Below, one piece after another: positions 23,501 through 32,800 of a DNA stretch of 64,000 nucleotides. This stretch comes from Raja brachyura (lineage: Eukaryota). The stretch spans positions 12,834,001 to 12,898,000 of the forward strand of contig OY740799.1 of the NCBI GenBank assembly GCA_963514005.1, written 5' to 3'. Each line of letters begins with the position of its first letter. Position 1 is the stretch's first letter. The translations under genes and the position numbers were made by a program. A model generated the notes under the pieces. The model did no database searches. It was not told the DNA's origin and was given only the letters and a program-made list of their open reading frames with translations.

Positions 23501-26500
23501 GGGCAAAATCGCATTGGAACAAAGATAACATGGGGTAAATGAGTTTTCATACCATAGCATAAACAATTAGATCCAACTCTTTCTTGCTCTCATAATCGAG
23601 GCGTTGGGCCAGAAGGATGTTCCCACTGTTTGGTAGGTCAATCTTGAAGAATTCTGCATCTTTCTACAACACAAAGTTTGACATTGATAAAATGAAAGAC
23701 GTCAGTTGTCCACCTGCATTGCAGGGAGACAGAGAAAACATACCCATTAGATTCCCAACCTGCTGGCCTCTCAACTGGACCTTGTTCTCCTTTTCCATTG
23801 CAACCTTTGGCACTTCTGCTTTGAGATTATTGTGGCCATTTTTTCCCTTCCAGTCTGAAGGGATGGTGATCGTATGCTGGTGAATCTGTAGAATTGAAGA
23901 AAGCATTCCTACTCCTCAACAGCAATTTATTGAAATTATTATCTTATTGGAACGGTCCTTTCAGTAACAACAGGCCATCAAATAGACAGGAGCAAATGTG
24001 GATTCTCCTTCACACTCTGCAATTTAAGTAAAATGTTTGCGGGGATACGTAAAATGGGCTTTTCCAGCAGTAAGTTAGATATCTTTCAGCAGTACTTTCA
24101 GGATTGTGTGCTGGGCCTTGAAATTGGCCCTCTCATCACCTGCATTATGTCTCAAAGTGACAAGATCCAACTTCCGTTATTCTCTGCACTTATTCTAAAA
24201 CAAGCAGCAAGAAGGAACTGCAGATGCTGGAACAATCGAAGGTAGACGAAAATGCTAGAGAAACTCAGCAGGTGAGGCAACATCTATGGAGCGATGGAAT
24301 GAGTGACATTTCGGGTTGGGTCGGGTGAAGAAGGATTTCGACCCAAAACGTCAGCCATTCCTTTGCTCCATCGATGTTGCCTCACCCACTGAGTTTCTAA
24401 AACAAGCTTTGATCTGTTTAAAGTGCAGCTTTCAAACAATAGGGAACCTGCTGACTATTGAACACTTTCTATTCTATTGCATACTCTGCACCTGTGATCT
24501 GAAGCAAAACTATTCATCCTGCCTCACATCCTTGCTTTCAAACCTTCATTAGTAACAGATACAAATTTGAGCCAATTTCCAACACATTCAGAGAGATCAA
24601 GAACAAAGAAAATTGTTAAAATCTGACTATAGTCAAAGCAAGTAGACCAGTAACTTCCAAAATTAAATAAAATTACTAGTTTAAAAGGGAACACAAGAAA
24701 GGTCAGGAGAATGGTACTAATTGGTGACTACTTCAGAGAGCGAGCATATGCGATGGGCCAAATAACATTCTGTGCCTATTAATGCTAAACAACTACTATT
24801 CCCATGTAGGGACCTATTTTGCTACTTTGCTGGGTAGTTGTGTCAGTCTCAACTGGAGTAAACGTTTACCTACCGATGCTCTGTCAACCATGTAGATGAG
24901 GCCATCACCATCCTTATCATGAGCCTGCAACCTGAAGAGAATCTCGCCAATAGGTGTCAGCTGTCAGAGGGGGAAGGAGGAGCAAAAAAAAGTTTAAAGA
25001 TGCTTTCAAAGCTTTGGGAAATTGAAATGACAATTTTTAAGGAGTAGTTTATTCTGAAGTGAAACTTGATGCCAAAGGCTTGAAAGATAAAAACATAAAT
25101 AAAAATAGAAAATACTGGAAATATTCAGCAGACTTGAAGTATTAACTCTATTTCTCTTCCCAAATATTTGGCCAGCAATTTATGGTTTTATTTTAGATTT
25201 CCAGCATTTGTAATTTTCTTTTGATTTCAAAGATAAATATGCATTTATGTACTGTCTTTCACAACCCCAGGGATTTCCAAGTGTATTAGAGCCCAAAACA
25301 AGTTTTGGAAACATATTCATTTGTAATGTTGGAAATATATTGTGCAATGTGATAATAACCAGATTATTTCATGTACTTTCATTGAGAGATCAGTATTGGC
25401 CATGACACCAGGGAAAACTCTCTCACCCCACTTCTAATATTGTTGCAGCATCTTTTACATCCAGCTGAGCAGGTGAACAAATCTTTGATTTAACTTTTAC
25501 CTGAAAGTTGGCACTCCCTCAAAGCTACACTAGAGAGTTAGATCAAACTGTGTTCTCAGTCTCTGAAGAGTGCCCTACAGCCCTCGCAGGTTGACAAATT
25601 AAAATAATGGTTCTTCTTCAAAAAACATATTGGTTGTAGGATTTTGATACACATGAATTGTCTGATGAAATTATGCAGTGCAATGGCTACATTTCAATAC
25701 ATAGAAACATAGAAACTAGGTGCAGGAGTAGGCCATTCGGCCCTTCGAGCCTGCACCGCCATTCAATGTGATCATGGCTGATCATCCAACTCAGTATCCC
25801 GTACCTGCCTTCTCTCCATACCCCCTGATCCCTTTAGCCACAAGTGCCACATCTAATGCCCTCTTAAATATAGCCAATGAACTGGCCTCAACTACCTTCT
25901 GTGGCAGAGAATTCCAGAGACTCACCACTCTCTGTGTAAAGACGTAGCACATTAGCTATTAAGCACTTTGGGATGTTATGAAATTGTAAAGGCATGCTAT
26001 AAATGCAAGTGCTTTCTTTTTTAACGAACAATAAAACAGGTTTTATAATACAGAAGGTCAGTTCCTCACCTCACTAATGTTGAGTGGTTGAACACTTTCT
26101 TTCAGGAAAACCGGTGAGTTATCATTTTCGTTAAGGACTTGCACCATTAACCTGTGATGAATCTTCAAAAATATAGAAACATTTATTGACTCTATAAATA
26201 AAATACCAGCTTCAGAATGAATTTCACTGCTATTCTACCCAACTTCCTCTATTCCTTTGTTCGAGTTGGGAATTGATGGGATTGGAAACATCCTACCTGA
26301 TACTAATTTAATTAATTATAAAAGAAAGGAGGACAGGTGATGAAAGAAGTAGCAGGTTTGTGGACAAAATGCAGACATGTGACACCAAGCATATCGACTG
26401 GCTAAGAACCAATGTAGGCACCATTCCCTACTTCTGATCTGTAAATTTTCACAATTCCAAGTCACAAAGGTCAAGGTTGATTTAAATAAAACAAGATAAG

Positions 26501-29500
26501 ATTAGGTAATGTTGTTTTAATATTTACCTCATGTTTTGAAAGTTTGGGCATTAAAAGTGTGAGGAAGACTGACTAATGGAACAAGGGAGGTTTGTAATGT
26601 AGTAATGGGTAAGAAGTTACAAAAGGAGGAGGAGGAAAGTTGTAGAATGAAATACAGGAACAAGAGGAAGTAAGAAGTGCACTGGCAATGGAAACAACAG
26701 GAAATCATACACCTCAGAAGTTGGCCATTCAGCCCATTGTAGCAGTGCTGGTTCATTGGAAGCTCTAACTAATCAACTGCATTTCACTAGTTTTTTCAGA
26801 AACACTATCAATATTTTATTTTTAAATGCTTATCCAGTTCCTGTGTCCCTTACACTTTCAGTCAATGCATCTAGAATGTATTGACATTATGTATTAAAGA
26901 AACATTTCCTCATTGAATTGAATTTATTTGTCATTCAAAAATAAATGTGAACGAAATGTCGTGTCCATACATTCATAACAATAAAAAGCAACAAAACACA
27001 CAATTACATGAATTTAACAGAGACATCCATCACAGTGACTTTCCTCCAGGAAGGTAAAAAAAGTCTTATCTCTTCCTTGCTTCTTCTCCCATGGTCAGGC
27101 AGTCAAACTGCTGCGTCAAGGCAATCGAAGCTCCCGATATTCAAGCCCTCGCCGGGCGATGGAAGATCCCGCGGCTGAACTGCGCCGGGGGAGGAAAGGC
27201 CCTGCGAACGGGCCGATTCAAGCCTTGCAATTCGGGGCGGACGAAGCTGGTGTTGCTGGAGCTCTCGCAAAGTCGGTCGCCAACCAGGGACCTGCAAGCC
27301 CCTGACCACAGGGCCCGCTGCCAAAGCATCCGAAAGTCGCGTCGCAGCCACAATCGCAATCACAACACCACCACAGCCTCCGAAAGCCAGCCAGCTCCGT
27401 GAGTCCACAGGCTCTGCGACTGGAGCCCTCAAGCTCGATCCGAGCTGGAGGCCACCCAGCTCCTCGATGTTAGGCCGCGGTGCGAACGAAGATATTACAC
27501 GGAAAATAAGTTGCATCTCCGTTGAAGAGATAAAATAAAGTCCCCCCCCCCCCCACCACAGAATACAGAACTAAAAATAGACTATTACATAATCTAATAT
27601 TAACGATAAGGCAAAGAAGGAAGAGAGACAGACAGACTGCAGGTGAGTCGCAGCCACAGACGCACCGTTTATCTAATCGTCCTATCTTTACAATAATATC
27701 TTTGGTTGCTTCAAGTGAACCCACATCTGTATTCTATAAGGCAGTCATGCCATCAATTTGTTCCAATAGATCTACTATCAATTCAGAGTGAAAGGAGTGC
27801 ATTGCTGTCACAAGGGAAAGCAACTTCTGGGAAGTGAGAAAAAAAGACCATATGCTGGGGACACTGAAATGAAAGATCAATCGAAGCGAAAGTCAGGAGA
27901 CAATCCTTTATCCCAAGTGTAGTCAAAAAGCGAAACTCACCACCGTCAGGAGTAGATAAAGTGCTCAACATGGGTGTATTTATGACACGAGAGAAAAGGG
28001 GAAATAACAGATGTTGCTTGAAAGAAATGTACACAGAGCAGAAAAGTTGATGTAGATTACTTGATCCTTATGGCAAGCAGATTCCCAGCACTTGAGTTTC
28101 ATACATCAGGTGTAGCAGAATTCAAATTAATGTGGAACATGTTAAACATTTCCACTGGGTTCCAAGTAGATTAATGTATTTAGAAATTGGTAACCAGTTT
28201 CTAGCACTTCACTATTTTCAACTAATCAATCAAGGAGTGGTATCTGCATAAAATGTCTATTTTGCAGCCAATAGTTACAGGTCTTAACTAGTATTATTGA
28301 TGCAAAACATCATTGGTTTGGAAGAAAGGGACATAAATTGTTCTTGGTGCAAGAATACCTCAAAAAAGTACCGGTGTCGGGTCTTGGTAAAGGGGGAAGA
28401 AAAACTGTTGAGTTGGTAGATTCCTTTTGCGAGATGTTTATAATAAAGTAACTGGCTTTTCTTTTTTCTTTCTCTATTTTTCCCTTTTTTTCCCTTTTTT
28501 TTCCTCTCCAGGGTCTATCTTAATTCCTATTTCTAACTCTTCAAGGGATTCCTTTCCCTCTGTCACGCGTTGGCACTTTTACATCTCTTTTTCACTTTTC
28601 TACTTTCTATGCTGCTATTTTTCTCTCTATTCTCTCTTTTCTAAAGCCTTAAAATAAAAAAAAATAAGGGGTACAATGACTGTAATACAATACATGGGAT
28701 GCACACTGATGTAACTTACAGTACCGCTAATAAATAAAGATATTTTAAAAAATAATAAAATTGTTCTTCTCATCTAGGTCAAATTAGAAAATGACAATCG
28801 TATTTCGTAACTTAATCACACCACGCCAATCACACCAAATCTCATTCCAATTATCAAAGCAACAGGCATAAATACAGAAAAATAGGCACATTTAATATAA
28901 GTTAGCAGACATCCATGTACCTGAGCTGAAGAAATAATATCAGTGCATGTTATCGTGGCAAAGAGAAGAGGTGTTGTCAGTAGCTGTTAAAAGAAACACA
29001 ACATGCTGAATATTAGGGTAAGGGGAGTATTCATATTCAGATACCAACATATTCACTGTTCCAGAGGCTGTGAATACAAATTGCTTGTGTCCCTTTCTCA
29101 AAATCATGTCCAATGGTCCCTATCAGGAGTTATGATGCCACTGGAGGCCAGGCCTTGTGTAATCTCAGTTACATTGCTCACTCAATATCTTTTAAGTTTA
29201 TTCATCAGATGTGGGCACTACCGGCAAGGCCACCATTTACACCCCATTATTAAATATTGTTGAGAAGATGGCTACTTAAACTGTTGCAGTCCATGTGAAC
29301 TACACTCAATACTTTTGCTGTGGTCAAGGAATTCATAGATTTCAATCCAATCACATCGAAGGGGGAAAAAAATAAAACAACAATACCAACAATAACACCT
29401 TTCTTTAACTGATCCATGTATTAGTTGCTATTGTATACTTCCGAGATTTTCTACCTTCACCAATGATTTGCCTGCATAATTTGACTGGATCAGTTACTCT

Positions 29501-31425
29501 CAAAACTTCAAATCTCCCGTGCTGGGATTCCCAGGTCCACCATCCATCCCCCATCTGTACCTCTCGATCCAAAGGTTTGGTTGGCAGAACATTTAATTTG
29601 ATGATTTTCTCTTCCATTTGAAACCACTCCAAATCTGTTCCTGATAAATTCAAGTGTATTTCTCCAGTGGATAGGTTGCCATTCACGGTGAGTCTTGCGA
29701 TGAATGTTCCATCCGGACTATTCTCTTGAATATCAACAGAAAGATCATGCCCACCAGAGCACAGATCACCTGGTGTAAATGACAATACATTCACAATTCA
29801 CTTTCCAGCATTCAGCCATTTGATCCCTACCTGCTGGGAGAGATTAGTGACCAGTGATAGATGATGTGTTGTGGTCGATGGTTTGAGTGGGCTTAATGGA
29901 CAGTGATTGGCATTGAATAGTGGTCAGTAACCGGAGGAGATTACCATTAGTCTTGCAATCCTTGATAAACTATTGTAAAATTTGTGAGAATTACATAATG
30001 CAGAGATGAGTGAAAATGTGTCCCATCTTTACCAGGAAATCAATTATTAGTTTGCTGATTTGGGCAGACACTGGAAATTAATGGCTAATGAGTGAACTCA
30101 TAATTTGATCAATGATCCTGGGAAAATTGCTGGCTGATGCAGATTGGTCAAAAGTAATTTCACTAAAGATCTAAACAGGCAGCATTGGGGGGAGAATTTC
30201 ATATCTACATTGCACAACACCTTAAGAATATATTGATGCAATGTCAAAACTGCAAAGTTTATATTATTTCATAAAGCAGGCTTGGTAACCCCAGAGAGTT
30301 CATTGATGGTCTATTTGAAATTCCAAGATTTTGAAAGAATTTGAAGGGTAGAGAGAAATAAACATTTCTGCTGGTGGATGAGAGTTGGAGAAGGGGACAT
30401 AACCCTTAAATAAGACCCAGGTCATTCAAGAGAGGGGTCAGGAAACATTCCTTAATGTAGAAATTGGTAGAAGAGTGAAACTCAATGGCTGCTAAGCTTC
30501 ATTAACTTTTCCAAATCTGAATGGACAGCTGTTAGCAAAACATATCTATTTAAGGAAATGTAACAAAGGGTTGTGACATTCCCATGATCTCAATGGGTGA
30601 TGGAATGGATTCAACGGGTTAAAGGGGCTTCTCATAGTTCTGGGTTTTAGTTTCATCCCGTTGGTCAGGGTAAGATTTGATGGTAGGTTAGCAAATATAA
30701 AGTCATGCATATAATGAGTTTGCCTCCTTAAAATGTTCATCCTTATTCTCAAACAACTCCATAGGTTCAATCTTTGTTGCATTTGTAACATTAACTATCT
30801 ATCCAGAATTCAAAAAATTCAATATAGATATTAAAAGTTGTCCCTTTTACTCCAGGTGGAAAATATTGTTGCATGTTTGAAAAAAAGGAGGGGATTTTTC
30901 CAACAATCAAACATCTTCACTGAACAGGAGATTTGGTCATGTTTTCATTGTTCATGTACATTATTCTACACAAATTGATTGCTGTATTTTTACCATTACA
31001 ATAGAAAATACAATTCAATGGCTCAGGAGTTACAAAAGCCACATTTGTATAAGCCAAGCCAAGCCCTGTATTAATGCAGATCAAAAGACAAAGTGCTGGA
31101 GGAGCTTACTAAATCAGGCAGCATCAATGGAGGGAATGGACTGATGACATATTGCAAAGGTCCCGACCCAAAACATCACCCGTCCATTCCCTCCACAGAT
31201 GCTTCCTGACCCACTGAGTTCCTCCAGCACTTTGTGTTTTGCTCAGGATTCCAGCATCAACAGTTCCTCATGTCTTCGTATAAACGCAGGTGATTTCTTC
31301 ATTTATGTTCTTTTCTAAAACAGAATTCACTTAGAATGAAGCAGAGAGTCTCTTTTACCTTCCATGAGGATCGATGCAAACCTAGAAAACAATATGCCCA
31401 TAATAAACATCCATAGCTTCAGCAT
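7005..31425 (-). CDS. CDHR5-like: Cadherin-related family member 5-like protein, 15 coding exons, ~1050 aa (signal peptide, 4 EC repeats, TM, long cytoplasmic tail)
   Basis: Exons 31359-31425, 29561-29769, 28921-28983, 26070-26162, 24874-24960, 23553-23663, 23168-23338, 21283-21373, 20562-20668, 16834-17034, 15716-15847, 15425-15503, 11418-11605, 9513-9533 and 7005-8537. All introns are GT-AG and phase-compatible; total 3153 nt. Cadherin motifs QENSP, LDRE, NENDNSPVF, AHDKD, LDYE, DGDDQYPRFLPC...C and GPLLAEDGDKG. The FLPC..C linker and GP..AEDGD.G are characteristic of CDHR5. Confidence 0.88.
9513..9533 (-). CDS. CDHR5-like: CDHR5-like 21-nt micro-exon (SLKWFQM)
   Basis: Long polypyrimidine tract, tcctcag| acceptor and atg|gtgagt donor; phase 0/0. 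Confidence 0.7.
11418..11605 (-). CDS. CDHR5-like: CDHR5-like transmembrane exon
   Basis: VPSGLAKESRKYSSKEIGLVGGITAVLLLFLISALVLLIHNGREWHRHRRHRG...; gcag| acceptor and gtg|gtaaga donor; phase 1/0. Confidence 0.88.
13691..14000 (-). mobile_element. Penelope 3'-end copy with intact hammerhead core, nested in CR1
   Basis: The minus strand encodes EHHLIFCLGSLHPSGMNIDFSNFR*, then the UTR and hammerhead. It is homologous to 305-698. Confidence 0.82.
13789..13816 (-). ncRNA. Minimal type I hammerhead ribozyme motif (Penelope-associated)
   Basis: CUGAAGA-A-GGGUC-UC-GACCC-GAAAC-GUC. All catalytic-core nucleotides are present, with perfect stem II and a palindromic ACGU stem III. Confidence 0.75.
15425..15503 (-). 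CDS. CDHR5-like: CDHR5-like exon (end of EC4)
   Basis: LVGSDKESGDVVSTRVKVEILHSSQP; phase 0/1. Confidence 0.85.
15716..15847 (-). CDS. CDHR5-like: CDHR5-like exon (EC4)
   Basis: GRNPNIVYTLAYHSNHTQLFQVTQEGLLIARTDHLHAREKYMLQ; cag|gtaagg donor. Confidence 0.85.
16834..17034 (-). CDS. CDHR5-like: CDHR5-like exon (EC3/EC4)
   Basis: ASQVDDPTKYTLTTVLIRV...LEAIDQDFKN; ttccag| acceptor and |gtgagt donor. Confidence 0.88.
17270..17590 (+). mobile_element. CR1 LINE 3' fragment (older subfamily)
   Basis: KGERFKRNPRGSFF...WNELPEEVVEA..FK.HLD; tail GGGCCGAAGAGCCTGTTTCC. Confidence 0.8.
18414..18599. mobile_element. Penelope-derived fold-back element: perfect 61-bp inverted arms around a 5'-clipped hammerhead, 14-bp TSD
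   Basis: 18446-18506 is the exact reverse complement of 18539-18599. Flanked by TGGCCATTAGGTGA (18400-18413) and TGGCTATTAGGTGA (18599-18612). Confidence 0.85.
19495..20330 (-). mobile_element. GC-rich non-coding retroposon-like repeat, nested in a Penelope-derived element
   Basis: On the minus strand it ends in AATAAA followed by TTTGAC repeats, and has a CpG-rich body. It shares the ACATCCATCACAG block and overall layout with 26912-27665. The halves of a fold-back element lie at ~19455-19492 and ~20390-20462. Confidence 0.55.
20562..20668 (-). CDS. CDHR5-like: CDHR5-like exon (EC3)
   Basis: GDDNGRFEVNNITGAMMMRWPVRSLMKTPLFSLTVM; phase 1/0. Confidence 0.85.
21283..21373 (-). CDS. CDHR5-like: CDHR5-like exon (EC3)
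   Basis: YHALQLSPGPLLAEDGDKGLQTQVAYSILT(G); phase 0/1. Confidence 0.87.
22760..23052 (+). mobile_element. tRNA-derived V-SINE (near full length)
   Basis: tRNA-like head, V-core, and a CR1-like tail ending GCTGTATCTCTAAAC. Confidence 0.8.
23168..23338 (-). CDS. CDHR5-like: CDHR5-like exon (EC2/EC3 linker with Cys pair)
   Basis: EMNTEEKYNTTAKVTISVLDGDDQYPRFLPCKFVLHGKTRVCVNPTYTGNVTEAKLP. Confidence 0.9.
23553..23663 (-). CDS. CDHR5-like: CDHR5-like exon (EC2)
   Basis: KDAEFFKIDLPNSGNILLAQRLDYESKKELDLIVYAM. Confidence 0.9.
24208..24400. mobile_element. Penelope-derived fold-back element with two head-to-head degenerate hammerhead halves
   Basis: Arm AAGAAGGAACTGCAGATGCTGG...GTGACATTTCGGGT, then GTGAAGAAGGATTTCGACCCAAAACGTCA and the complementary arm. 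Confidence 0.7.
24874..24960 (-). CDS. CDHR5-like: CDHR5-like exon (EC2)
   Basis: LTPIGEILFRLQAHDKDGDGLIYMVDRAS. Confidence 0.88.
25700..25940 (-). mobile_element. CR1 LINE 3' tail fragment
   Basis: CATAGAAA repeats followed by the reverse complement of the CR1 3' UTR seen at 14600-14755. Confidence 0.85.
26070..26162 (-). CDS. CDHR5-like: CDHR5-like exon (EC1/EC2 linker)
   Basis: IHHRLMVQVLNENDNSPVFLKESVQPLNISE; gag|gtgagg donor. Confidence 0.88.
26912..27665 (-). mobile_element. GC-rich non-coding retroposon-like repeat
   Basis: The minus-strand 3' end is AATAAATTCAATTCAAT. CpG-rich body; same architecture as 19495-20330. Confidence 0.55.
28346..28757 (+). mobile_element. 5'-truncated poly(A)-tailed retro-insertion (L1/Tx1-type 3' UTR) with 11-bp TSD
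   Basis: AAATTGTTCTT at both 28335-28345 and 28758-28768; AATAAA and an A-rich tail immediately precede the right copy. Confidence 0.6.
28921..28983 (-). CDS. CDHR5-like: CDHR5-like exon (EC1)
   Basis: LLTTPLLFATITCTDIISSAQ; ttttaacag| acceptor and cag|gtacat donor; phase 0/0. Confidence 0.8.
29561..29769 (-). CDS. CDHR5-like: CDHR5-like exon (EC1)
   Basis: GDLCSGGHDLSVDIQENSPDGTFIARL...KPLDRE; phase 1/0. Confidence 0.9.
31080..31275. mobile_element. Older Penelope-derived fold-back element
   Basis: Imperfect arms ACAAAGTGCTGGAGGA... and ...TCCTCCAGCACTTTGT around a degenerate GGTCCCGACCCAAAACATCA core. Confidence 0.65.
31359..31425 (-). CDS. CDHR5-like: CDHR5-like first coding exon (signal peptide)
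   Basis: MLKLWMFIMGILFSRFASILME-G|gtaaaa; phase 1 matches the next exon. An acceptor at 31529-31530 suggests an upstream UTR exon. Confidence 0.75.
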
Positions 31426-31979
31426 AGTGACCCAATCAAGGGTTAGGGTTGGAAATGTGCAGAGTATAGAGATCCTTTGTTGCTCTCCTCTCAGAGTCAC
31501 TGCCAAACCTGACCACGCACACCTCAATCTGGAAAGAGAGAACAAAAATGACAGTTTATTAAAATATTTCTGTGGGATGAAGAAGGTGAAGCATGTTTGG
31601 GGATGCCCAGAGATGGTAGGTTTATCCCTAATTATCTCAAGGAGACACTTTCAGAACATGTATGTATTTTCTTACAGGACAACAACAATGACTACAATTT
31701 GGAAGGTAGGATGTTTATGTCACATGTGTGATGACATCATTCATTGCATGACTTATTTAGATGCAAATGCATCACAGACGATTTCCTGGTTGCTATGTGG
31801 CCTTCAATGACACTGCGAAATGTGTTAGCATTCTCCAGTTCACCTGTACATGCACCAGCTCACTTTCTCCGTTTATTTTTGTTGTGGAGTCTCTTGGTGA
31901 GCTGTTTTCAGAGGCCCACCCAGTGTTCTAAGCAGAGTATAGTTTTGCAAGGGTATTTTCTTAGACAAAATGGTTTCAC

Positions 31980-32590
31980 ATCTTCTGCAGTTGTATAGGG
32001 CTCTGGTAAGACAACATCTGGAGTATTGTGTACTGTTTTGGTCTCCTAATTTGAGGAAGGACATCCTTGTGATTGAGGCAGTGCAACGTAGGTTCACGAG
32101 ATTGATCCCTGGGATGGCGGGACTGTCATATGAGGAAAGATTGAAAAGACTAGGCTTGTATACACTGGAGTTTAGAAGGATGAGGGAGATCTTATAGAAA
32201 AATATAAAATTATAAAAGGACTGGACAAGCTAGATGCAGGAAACATTTTCCCAATGTTGGGTGAGTCCAGAACCAGGGGCCACAGTCTTAGAATAAAGGG
32301 AAGGTCATTTAAGACGGAGGTGAGAGAAAACTTCTTTACCCAGAGAGTTGTGAATTTATGGAATTCCCTGCCACAGAGGGCAGTGGAGGCCAAATCACTG
32401 GATGGATTTAAGAGAGAGTTGGATAGAGCTCTAGGGGCTATTGGAGTCAAGAGATATGGGGAGAAGGCAGGAATGGGTTATTGATAGGGGATGATCAGCC
32501 ATGATCACAATGAATGGCGGTGCTGGCTCAAAGGGCCGAATGGCCTCCTCCTGCACCTATTTTCTATGTGGCTATGTTTCTATGTTACTA
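31980..32590 (+). mobile_element. CR1 LINE 3' fragment
   Basis: [22 protein letters not shown]...RTRGHSLRIKG...; TTTCTATG tail; near-identical to 14160-14755. Confidence 0.9.
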
Positions 32591-32679
32591 TGAATGACAC
32601 AGACAGAGAGGTCTAGCTTCGGAGGGCATTTGGGCAGACGGTAAAGACTGCCACTCAGAGTGGGCACTGAGGTTGAACA

Positions 32680-32800
32680 GTGATGGATAGTCAGAGTGGA
32701 CAATGATGAATGGTCAGAATGGACAGTAAGGGTGGACAATAATGGATGGTCAGAATGGACAGTAAGGGTAGGCAGTGAGGGACGGGTTGTGAAGGTGACA
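32680..32800. repeat. Degenerate ~36-bp minisatellite
   Basis: ATGGTCAGAATGGACAGTAAGGGT recurs with a 36-bp period; related degenerate units lie at ~33600-33690. Confidence 0.65.
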
